Below are positions 18,513-28,202 of a DNA stretch of 64,000 nt, in pieces; the first letter of the stretch is position 1, and each line of letters opens with the position of its first letter. The notes below the pieces were generated by a model. That model ran no database searches. It was not told where the DNA came from and was given only the letters and a program-made list of their open reading frames with translations. This DNA is from an uncultured bacterium (lineage in GTDB: Bacteria > Cyanobacteriota > Vampirovibrionia > Gastranaerophilales > Gastranaerophilaceae), in NCBI GenBank assembly GCA_902801985.1, contig CADCKD010000017.1:10162-74161 (forward strand), given 5' to 3'. Both the position numbers and the translations under genes were made by a program.

Positions 18513-19610
18513 ATGCTTAGAACAGGAATTGTAGGATTGCCGAATGTAGGTAAATCAACTTTATTTAATGCTTTAACAAGTTCAAGAAATGCTCAGAGTG
18601 CGAATTATCCGTTCTGCACAATAGAGCCTAATATTGGGGTGGTTGAAGTTCCGGATGAGAGATTACCAATACTTGCAAAGCTCTGCAAGACAGAAAATAT
18701 AATACCCACAGCAATTGAATTCGTAGATATTGCAGGCCTTGTAAAAGGCGCAAGCAAAGGTGAAGGACTTGGAAACCAGTTTTTACAAAATATCAGAGAA
18801 GTTGATGCGATTATTCAAGTTGTAAGATGTTTTGATGATGATAATACAATTCACGTTTCAGGTAAAGTTGACCCTATTAGCGATATAGAAACAATTAATA
18901 CAGAGCTTGCGCTGGCGGATATGGCATCTGTTGAAAGACGGCTTGCAAAGATTTCAAAAGTTGCAAAGGGCGGAGATAAGGCTGCAGTTCTTGAGAATGA
19001 CGTATTAAATAAATTAATGGAATTACTGCAAAACTGCACTTTTATAGATATTAATGAACATTTTAATGAGGAAGAAATACCGGTTGTAAAAATGCTTAAT
19101 TTAATGTCAACAAAACCGGTTATATACTGCGCCAATGTATCTGAATACGACCTTAAAGACGGTAACGATTATACAAAGAAAGTTCAAGAATATGCAACAA
19201 AACATGGAGCAGAAATGGTTATAATCACCGCAAAAATCGAAGAAGAACTAGCTGAACTTGGAAAAGAAGAAGCACAAGAATACCTCAATGATCTTGGCAT
19301 AGAAGACAGCGGTATAAATAGAATGATTAAATCCGTTTATAATCTGTTAAAACTTCGCACATTCATAACCGCAGGAGAAAAAGAAGTCCGAGCTTGGACT
19401 ATCACTGCAGGTACAAAAGCACCTCAAGCAGCAGGAGTAATCCACACAGACTTTGAAAAAGGTTTTATACGAGCAGAAATCACCCCATGCAAAGACTTTA
19501 TAGAGCTCGGTTCGTATAATGCCTGCAAAGAAAAAGGGGTAACAAGACTTGAAGGCAAAGATTACGTTATGCAAGACGGAGATTTAGCACACTTTAGATT
19601 TGCAACATAG
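18513..19610 (+). CDS. ychF: ribosome-binding ATPase YchF
   Basis: GIVGLPNVGKSTLFNALT, DIAGLVKGAS, and the C-terminal TGS-like IHTDFEKGFIRAEI... Confidence 0.93.
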   Translation: MLRTGIVGLPNVGKSTLFNALTSSRNAQSANYPFCTIEPNIGVVEVPDERLPILAKLCKTENIIPTAIEFVDIAGLVKGASKGEGLGNQFLQNIREVDAIIQVVRCFDDDNTIHVSGKVDPISDIETINTELALADMASVERRLAKISKVAKGGDKAAVLENDVLNKLMELLQNCTFIDINEHFNEEEIPVVKMLNLMSTKPVIYCANVSEYDLKDGNDYTKKVQEYATKHGAEMVIITAKIEEELAELGKEEAQEYLNDLGIEDSGINRMIKSVYNLLKLRTFITAGEKEVRAWTITAGTKAPQAAGVIHTDFEKGFIRAEITPCKDFIELGSYNACKEKGVTRLEGKDYVMQDGDLAHFRFAT

Positions 19611-19634
19611 TTTGCTTTATATAAGAACTGAAAA

Positions 19635-19668
19635 AGCGTGAAATTCTTAAATCGAATTTCACGCTTTT
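19635..19668. terminator. bidirectional terminator between ychF and 19692-20027
   Basis: agcgtgaaattc-7nt-gaatttcacgct with flanking A-run and T-run. Confidence 0.8.
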
Positions 19669-19691
19669 ATAAATTTATCCTTTATTTAAAC

Positions 19692-20027
19692 TTATATTTG
19701 TGCGACAAACTCTTCCCCTTGCAAGTCAACAACATCAGCATTCTTTGCAAAGGTATTATATAATTCCTCTGTATATATTGATTTATCCATAACAGGATTT
19801 TTTACCTTAATAAAATTCGACATAAGTTTATAATCTTCGTAATCTTGTCCTGTTAATAATAACAAAGTATCATTAAAACGAGGGTCTTCTAATACTGCGT
19901 GATCATTTACGAACACGATATCTTTTTTCATTTGATTATGAAATCTATTTTTTTTGGATGCATTATCAAATGTATACAAGTATCTGCCTGCGAATGATTG
20001 ATTGTTGTTTACCGGAGTGATATTCAT
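19692..20027 (-). CDS. hypothetical 111-aa protein
   Basis: ORF track. Lies directly downstream of the giant GH13-like gene. N-terminus MNITPVNNNQSFAGR. Confidence 0.5.
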   Translation of the reverse strand: MNITPVNNNQSFAGRYLYTFDNASKKNRFHNQMKKDIVFVNDHAVLEDPRFNDTLLLLTGQDYEDYKLMSNFIKVKNPVMDKSIYTEELYNTFAKNADVVDLQGEEFVAQI

Positions 20028-20094
20028 ATTATTATCCTTTCAATTTACTGTCACAGTATTATTAAAACCAAATAAAATAAATTTTGCCACGATT

Positions 20095-23000
20095 TTATTT
20101 GTATATTAATAATTTTTCACCTAATACAGCGGCATTTGACATCTTTGAATAAACAGATGAGACATATCTTGAAGATGGACTGATTGTGATTCCTGTAAAA
20201 GATAATTGTTTATCACCGGAACTATATAAAACTAATGTAGAATCATTTAAATCTATTAATTTATCATCTTTACGCTTTAAGTAATAATATCCTTTTGACA
20301 ATTTAACTTCATATACCTCTTCAGGATTGTTTGCATTATAAAAAATAGTACCCGATTTCAGACCGGTAATTCCTACCCCCATTGAACCATCCATAAATAC
20401 ACCGCCTTTGCCGTAATTTAGTCTGATTTCTTTTAATTGTAAATGTTCAGGAGAATAATATTCACTATAATCAAATTTGTCGTATTTACTTGGATCTTTA
20501 TGTTGTTTAGCAGGATTAAACAAGCTAATTGCCATTCTTCCGTCTGCGGATTTTCTAAACAATGCAGGAACCTGGATATTACCCTCACCGCTGTTATAAT
20601 TACCTGCTCTATACGCACACTGTAATGGAAGAACGAACGGAGCACCATTGTTTAATGCATTACACTTCGGATTAGAGCGAATTGCCATAACTTCATCAAA
20701 TTCTTTTTTGTGCTTATCAATAAAACTCTTATACTTTGAATTATCAACATCAATCCACTCTTCATGACGCTTTTGGCGGCCTTTAATATAAATATTTTTA
20801 GTCTTAGTTTCATAACCTGTTGCACCATAATCATCCCCATCAAACATTGTTGGCATGCCTGGGAGTGCAACAAGATACTTCATCATACCTAAAAGTTTTG
20901 AAATCGCAGGATCCATAACCTTTTCAAAGACCTTATCTGAAAAATCGTTTCCTATACGATTAGGGAAATCATGATATTTTTTAGCTTGATTAATAACAGA
21001 ATTTATATTTACATCAAAAGGATTTACTCCAAATGCGTCAGGATTAAAACTTTCTCCCATATATCGACCTGATACCAAATCTGTAACAGAAAGACTAATG
21101 GCCTCAAATGCTTGCTTAAATTCCGTTTCGGATAATTTAGCAGAATACTCGCCATTCAAAACATCCATTGCTGCTTTATATATAGAAATACCCATAGCCA
21201 CAGCCTTTGGAGATACATTTGAATAATCATACGAATCTACTTCCGCATCAGAAATATTATCAAGATACTTGTTATTCACAATCATATAAGCGAGTTTTCG
21301 ATATTCTCTGTTATTTACATCATTCAAATTCGCATAGAACAAATTCATATCCATAGCAGCACAATGTAACATTCTCGGCTTGTCATGGTTTCCAATAAAA
21401 GTATATGAATACAACACAGATTCCAAAGGACCATATTTTAAAAATGGCAAATCACGAGAAATTAAAATATCCATCATTTTGTCGGCAATGTTGTTTTCAG
21501 GAACGTATGTTGCATCCTCAGGAGATTTCGTAAACATTTTAGACAAATCATTAAACAAATAAGTATAATTTGCAGTAGAAGTAATACCTGTTTCTCTTAA
21601 GAATTTTTTATTTATATCAGAATAATTTGGATATTTAGCATATTTATGTGAGAAATCAGATCTATGTAAATCCATTTCATCCGTAACTTCGGCAACTATA
21701 TATGAATTCGGATTTTGAGATACAACACCATTTACAAAACTTTTCCAAAAATCCGTAACTTGCTGCCATACATCCTCAAAACTTGCATTATTGTTTCTTA
21801 AAGACTCAATATCCGCAACATCTTTTGTCGCATCAATTCGCCAATCCAAACCTGATTGAGTTTTATCAATAATTAAATCTGCCAGTTGGAGACCTTGTAA
21901 TGTAGTATTTGAAATTGTCTTGAATATACTATCCTCAATTTCAGATGTTGAAGATAATCTTGAGATACCGGAAGATATAACATTCAAAAGTTCATCCGCT
22001 TCATCCTGAACGGAGACAGGGTTTTTAATACCCAATGTTTCCATATGAACATTTCTCATTTTATTATAATCATAAGAAATTTCACCGGTTTTGGAATTAA
22101 TTTGAGTTTCCAAATTAGGAACAAGTGCTTTTGCAAAAACATATTTGGTCATAGAAGGCACAACTAAAGGCAAAACATATTTACCAAATTCTGTAACTTC
22201 TTCACCATTAAATAATTTTTTATCTGGTGGCAATTTTTTATCAACATTTTCTAATGCTTTCATTACATACGAATATATTTGAGTATCAAGTATTTTTTCG
22301 GTTTTTGCGTAAGTCTGAGAATATTTATCCTGCAAATTAGGATTTTCTGATTTATACAAATCAAAACGAGAAACTCCAACTTCATCAAGATTATTCGCTC
22401 TTTTTGAAATATAAGGAGAAGACAACACAGAAAGGATATTTGAACCAAATTCTAAACTATCAAGAGGGAAATTCATTATTTCACGTAAAACTTGGTCATG
22501 CTTATTATCTTCAGGCAAAGTCCTTGGGCCTCTGTAAAAGCCTTGTAAAACGTTTGCTACTTCATCCTGAGTAATATCATATTTTAGAGAAGATGGAAAG
22601 TTTTTATTATCAGATAATTTTGCAATCTCTTTATACACATAGCTTGGATTATCAATATGTTTTGGAGTTATATTTTTTAACTTTTGTGCAATATATAGCC
22701 TATGAATATCAGAAGTTTTTTTAGTCCAATATTTACCGGCCTCTATTGTATAATCACGAACCTGTGCTATTCCTCTTTGAATTTTTTCTTCTTCTATCTT
22801 GCGTTCATCGGGAGACAAATTCTTCAAACGTTTATAATCGGCATTTGAATAAGTAAATTTCAACTTAGGAATATCATTATTAGCATCCCAAGTCTCAAAA
22901 CCGCCCTCAAACATACCTCCTGCGGTCCAATTAGAAAATTTCGATAAAAACTTTGTACCCTCGGCTGAATACGGACTAATCGCATCGGAAGAATAATGAT

Positions 23001-24267
23001 TACTATTGTACTCTTTTAAACGTTTTATATTGATATCATACTCTTTCGGGTCAATAACAAAATGATATGGATAAATTGAATCATTATATGTATTACTACT
23101 ATACACATTATCAGGATTTTTATTATAAGATTCTATCAAATGTTCATTATCTTTTATATCGTCATCTTCAACAAATGACTTGTCAAAATATTGAATATAA
23201 GTAGGTTTTTTAGAATCGTATTTATGATTTCGACTTTTAATAATATCCCCATCAGAATTTACAGAGTATAGATAAGGAGAATTAACAAGCTTGTGTGAAA
23301 CATTTTTAGAATTTTTAGGAAACAATCCTAAATCCCAAGTTTTGCCGTCCATAGATGTTCCGTTAAACCAATAAAAATATGGCGAATCTTCCCCATATTT
23401 TAAAACATGGTCAAAATGGACTCCTTGCAAGCCTTCATTGACAAAAGCTCCGTCTGAAACCAAATTAATCCCATGGGCAAAAAGTTTTTGCTGCAACGAA
23501 GCATAATTTTCAATATTACCTAAACTTGGGGCTATTTGATATAGTTCTTCACTCCAATATCCATGCGCACTCAACGTGTCACGGCCAAATATAGGCAATG
23601 GTATTAATCTGGAATAAACATCGTATTTATTCTCATCAATATCTTTTTCAAGTCCGGCAAGAGTTCCTCCGAGTTTATTCCATATTGTTTTTACGCTTCC
23701 CTCTCCTTTAATTTTCTTTTTGCTATTTACCTCATAATCGCCATTTGGCAAATATTCAACCCCCACATTTTGAGAGTCCGGTATAATAAGGCGCATAGCA
23801 CCGCCTTTTGAGATAGAACTTTTTGTAGGCGGAACAATATTATAAACTCTTGAATCCTTTATATCATAATTTTGGGGGCGTTCATCAAAATAATCACCGG
23901 CATCAATTTGAGGTCTGAAATCGGAAGTATTGTGTTTATTTTCAATAATATAGTGGTATGCAAAAGGTGTTCTCTCATCTATTCCGTACATTTTAGTTAA
24001 ATTAACAATATTAGAACCTGAATTTAGCTTTATACGTTCATTACCGTCAGCACTATGCAGCATCGAACCAGCTTTATAATTTCCTTTTGAATCCAAATCG
24101 ACTGAAAAAAGTTCTAAATAGCAATTCTGATTATCGGGGTCAAAAGGATAAGAAAATTCAAACTCTCTAAAACCAAATTCATTTTTTACGGGTTTATATC
24201 CTCTAAAAAAGATCCTATTCGACTCCGTAGCGGCATGCTCACGATTCAAGTTAAATGCGACCTTCAC
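20095..24267 (-). CDS. very large GH13 (alpha-amylase superfamily)-like protein, about 1390 aa
   Basis: GH13-like conserved regions: I HGINLVSDGAFVNEG, II GLDWRIDATKDV, III YIVAEVTDE, IV YTFIGNHDKPR. Start set to the GTG 6 nt after AAGGAGG; the track's ATG at 24300 overlaps a TATAAT. Confidence 0.7.
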   Translation of the reverse strand: MKVAFNLNREHAATESNRIFFRGYKPVKNEFGFREFEFSYPFDPDNQNCYLELFSVDLDSKGNYKAGSMLHSADGNERIKLNSGSNIVNLTKMYGIDERTPFAYHYIIENKHNTSDFRPQIDAGDYFDERPQNYDIKDSRVYNIVPPTKSSISKGGAMRLIIPDSQNVGVEYLPNGDYEVNSKKKIKGEGSVKTIWNKLGGTLAGLEKDIDENKYDVYSRLIPLPIFGRDTLSAHGYWSEELYQIAPSLGNIENYASLQQKLFAHGINLVSDGAFVNEGLQGVHFDHVLKYGEDSPYFYWFNGTSMDGKTWDLGLFPKNSKNVSHKLVNSPYLYSVNSDGDIIKSRNHKYDSKKPTYIQYFDKSFVEDDDIKDNEHLIESYNKNPDNVYSSNTYNDSIYPYHFVIDPKEYDINIKRLKEYNSNHYSSDAISPYSAEGTKFLSKFSNWTAGGMFEGGFETWDANNDIPKLKFTYSNADYKRLKNLSPDERKIEEEKIQRGIAQVRDYTIEAGKYWTKKTSDIHRLYIAQKLKNITPKHIDNPSYVYKEIAKLSDNKNFPSSLKYDITQDEVANVLQGFYRGPRTLPEDNKHDQVLREIMNFPLDSLEFGSNILSVLSSPYISKRANNLDEVGVSRFDLYKSENPNLQDKYSQTYAKTEKILDTQIYSYVMKALENVDKKLPPDKKLFNGEEVTEFGKYVLPLVVPSMTKYVFAKALVPNLETQINSKTGEISYDYNKMRNVHMETLGIKNPVSVQDEADELLNVISSGISRLSSTSEIEDSIFKTISNTTLQGLQLADLIIDKTQSGLDWRIDATKDVADIESLRNNNASFEDVWQQVTDFWKSFVNGVVSQNPNSYIVAEVTDEMDLHRSDFSHKYAKYPNYSDINKKFLRETGITSTANYTYLFNDLSKMFTKSPEDATYVPENNIADKMMDILISRDLPFLKYGPLESVLYSYTFIGNHDKPRMLHCAAMDMNLFYANLNDVNNREYRKLAYMIVNNKYLDNISDAEVDSYDYSNVSPKAVAMGISIYKAAMDVLNGEYSAKLSETEFKQAFEAISLSVTDLVSGRYMGESFNPDAFGVNPFDVNINSVINQAKKYHDFPNRIGNDFSDKVFEKVMDPAISKLLGMMKYLVALPGMPTMFDGDDYGATGYETKTKNIYIKGRQKRHEEWIDVDNSKYKSFIDKHKKEFDEVMAIRSNPKCNALNNGAPFVLPLQCAYRAGNYNSGEGNIQVPALFRKSADGRMAISLFNPAKQHKDPSKYDKFDYSEYYSPEHLQLKEIRLNYGKGGVFMDGSMGVGITGLKSGTIFYNANNPEEVYEVKLSKGYYYLKRKDDKLIDLNDSTLVLYSSGDKQLSFTGITISPSSRYVSSVYSKMSNAAVLGEKLLIYK

Positions 24268-24423
24268 ACACACCTCCTTAGTTACGATTATAACAAGCAT
24301 AAAGATTATTTTTTGTTATATTTTAGGACTATATTAAGAAATTTTTACATAAATTGGTATTTAGACTCTAAGCAAGGTATAATCTAGTAGTATAAAGAAG
24401 CTAGTATATAAGAGGAGTAATAA

Positions 24424-25692
<1,269 letters not shown>

Positions 25693-25703
25693 AGGAGCAT
25701 AGT

Positions 25704-26423
25704 ATGAAAAAATTCGCATTTACGTTGGCAGAAGTACTTATAACTTTAACTATTATTGGTGTAATTTCCGCAATGGTACTGCCAAATATGCTTGGCCATT
25801 GGGAGAAAAAAACACTCGAAACCCAAACTAAACACTTTTATTCTATGTTAACCCTTGCAATACAGAACTATATGGCAGATCAACATGTTGATGACCTCGC
25901 AGATACATCTATATCTTGTAATTATAATTGGGACAATTGTAGAGAAGCAGAAGAAGAAGTTCATAATTTTATAAATAGATACCTAAAAGTTGCATTAAAA
26001 TGTAGAGATGAACATGATAAGCTTACCTGCACTCAGTTTAAATGCAACAAATATGGGAATAAATCCGGTTTATTATATAAAGTTATAGATAAAAGGAGTG
26101 ATGCATACGGTTGTTTTTATCCGGATTACATACTGGCTCACGGATATGCTATAAGGATGCAACCAGCAGATGCTTACGGAACAGCAAGTGTGCAATTTGA
26201 CGTTAATGGTACGGGAGGCCCAAATCGAGGAGGTCGAGACCTTTGGGATGTATATATATATTATGATGGTTCAATAGATGAATTAAGTCCGGAAGCACGT
26301 GCAAATGAAGAATATGCTAAAAATCGCAAAGAATACCGTTTTGAGCGCTGTAAAGAATCCAGTTATGATGGAAGTGGTTGTTTTGCACACTTCAAAGATA
26401 ACGGATTTAAGTTTGACTATTAG
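25704..26423 (+). CDS. type IV pilin-like (prepilin N-terminal motif) protein
   Basis: MKKFAFTLAEVLITLTIIGVISAMVLP, followed by a Cys-containing globular part. Confidence 0.75.
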   Translation: MKKFAFTLAEVLITLTIIGVISAMVLPNMLGHWEKKTLETQTKHFYSMLTLAIQNYMADQHVDDLADTSISCNYNWDNCREAEEEVHNFINRYLKVALKCRDEHDKLTCTQFKCNKYGNKSGLLYKVIDKRSDAYGCFYPDYILAHGYAIRMQPADAYGTASVQFDVNGTGGPNRGGRDLWDVYIYYDGSIDELSPEARANEEYAKNRKEYRFERCKESSYDGSGCFAHFKDNGFKFDY

Positions 26424-26494
26424 ATTCTTCGGCTAAAGCCTCAGAATGACAGAATGTAGAATGTGTAGGTCAGACTTTAGCCTGACAATTATCT

Positions 26495-27532
26495 TTACGC
26501 ATTCTTTTTGTTATGCAAAATTGATGAAATCAATGCCGCTACTATAAAGAACAAGCCTATTAACCCTGTGACAACTTCAGGTATTTCATGAACTGTTGTT
26601 ACAAGCATTATTATTGCAAGAGCTCCAATTGCCCAGTGTGCACCGTGCTCAAGATATATAAATTTTGCCAAAGTTTTTGTTTCAACAATCAGCAGAGTTA
26701 AAGAGCGGACAAACATTGCACCAATGCCCAATCCTATTGCAATAATTATTACATCATCACTCAGCGCAAAAGCTCCTAATACGCCATCTAATGAGAACGA
26801 AGCATCAATCAATTCTAAATATAAAAAGCTTACAAATCCTGTACATTTAACAGCGTCTGTCGCACATTTTGCAAGACGAGCCTTGTCGTGCATTTCAAGA
26901 AAATGCGACAAACCTTCGATTGCCAAAAATGTAATTATACCTACAAGGCCTGCAATTATTACAGACACCTTCTCTTCCTCAGGTATAAACCCTTGAAGTC
27001 CAATTAAAATTAATAAAGAAATAATTATCTCAATTCCTCTGATATGGTCTAAATAAGACACAGGGGCTTCAATACATTTTATCCAGTGAACAGTTTTTTC
27101 GTGATTAAAGAAGTAATTTAAAAAGAGCATTATTAAAAATAATCCGCCAAAAGTTACTATCGGCGCGTGCGACAATTGAAGATAATGAGCATATTTATCA
27201 GAATCCGATATTGCAATCTTTGCGACAGTAATCATATCCAGCTTTGCAAAAACCGCAACTACAAGTATCGGGAATAAAAATCTCATCCCAAATACTGCAA
27301 TCGCAATACCCCAGGTTAAAAATCTCCTTTGCCACACTTTTGACATATGCTCAAGCTTCATTGCATTAACAACAGCATTATCAAAAGATAAGCTAATTTC
27401 TAAAACTGCTAAGATACCTGCAATAAACACAGCCATCAAACCTGCCCCAGGATGAACATGATTTCCCCAGCAGTATGCTCCGACAACACCTACTAAAGTA
27501 ACTATTATTGAATCTATAAAATATCTATACAT
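26495..27532 (-). CDS. TerC/DUF475-like integral membrane protein
   Basis: Polytopic. LEISLSFDNAVVNA and ELIDASFSLDGVLGAFA are the paired TerC-type motifs. Confidence 0.7.
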   Translation of the reverse strand: MYRYFIDSIIVTLVGVVGAYCWGNHVHPGAGLMAVFIAGILAVLEISLSFDNAVVNAMKLEHMSKVWQRRFLTWGIAIAVFGMRFLFPILVVAVFAKLDMITVAKIAISDSDKYAHYLQLSHAPIVTFGGLFLIMLFLNYFFNHEKTVHWIKCIEAPVSYLDHIRGIEIIISLLILIGLQGFIPEEEKVSVIIAGLVGIITFLAIEGLSHFLEMHDKARLAKCATDAVKCTGFVSFLYLELIDASFSLDGVLGAFALSDDVIIIAIGLGIGAMFVRSLTLLIVETKTLAKFIYLEHGAHWAIGALAIIMLVTTVHEIPEVVTGLIGLFFIVAALISSILHNKKNA

Positions 27533-27593
27533 AATAAAATCCTCTTTTTCAACATTTTATAGGAAAGGATTAAATTCCAAATCATATAAAAAC

Positions 27594-27630
27594 ACGAAAA
27601 AAAAAAGGATAACCCGCAAGAGTTATCCTT
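27594..27630 (-). terminator. terminator after 27651-28067
   Basis: aaggataac-8nt-gttatcctt, flanked by an A-run on the plus strand (a T-run on the minus strand). Confidence 0.8.
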
Positions 27631-27650
27631 TTTTTTATAAAATATGTTTA

Positions 27651-28067
27651 CTAACCGTTTATGTCACTATAGCTAGGTACATAATATTGGAAAGTATCAG
27701 GTCCGTTTTCAGGGAAAACTAAGAAGAATGGTTGATTTCTTCTGATAAGACCGGTACGTCCTTTATATACAGCTTGATATTGTTTTTGAACAGGTAATTG
27801 TTCTTCTTGGAAGTTTACATAGCTAACAGGAACAAATACGAAACCTCCGTTTTGAGGAACAACTTGTCCTGCAACTTGATATCCTTGGAACAACATCAAG
27901 TCATAATCTAATCTTGTGTTTGCATTCATTTGAACATGCAATACTTGAGGTGGGTTAGCAGTGTTAAAATCTTCTAATGCTGAAACTTGAATAGTCTTAG
28001 CTTGAGCAGATTGCATTAAAGTTACAGAAAGAATTAACCCAACTAATGTGCTTAAGATCTTTTTCAT
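27651..28067 (-). CDS. secreted 138-aa protein
   Basis: Signal peptide MKKILSTLVGLILSVTLMQSAQA. The segment TIQVSALEDFNTA... resembles KLQAYLQNAINTS... of the 60162-61193 protein. Confidence 0.6.
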   Translation of the reverse strand: MKKILSTLVGLILSVTLMQSAQAKTIQVSALEDFNTANPPQVLHVQMNANTRLDYDLMLFQGYQVAGQVVPQNGGFVFVPVSYVNFQEEQLPVQKQYQAVYKGRTGLIRRNQPFFLVFPENGPDTFQYYVPSYSDING

Positions 28068-28202
28068 TTTATATTACTCCTTTTCTATGGTTGTTTTTTT
28101 ACTCAGATAATATAAATAAAACATCAATAAAAATATTTTTGCCTTATACATAATATCATATCTTAATATATCTTAGCAGATATTCATAAAAAATTCAAGA
28201 CT

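Noticed and set aside
27533-27650. yybP-ykoY (Mn) riboswitch upstream of the TerC-like gene, and an SAH riboswitch upstream of ahcY (24301-24423).
   Set aside because: Both leaders are short, AT-rich, and lack the conserved GC-rich helices of those riboswitch classes.
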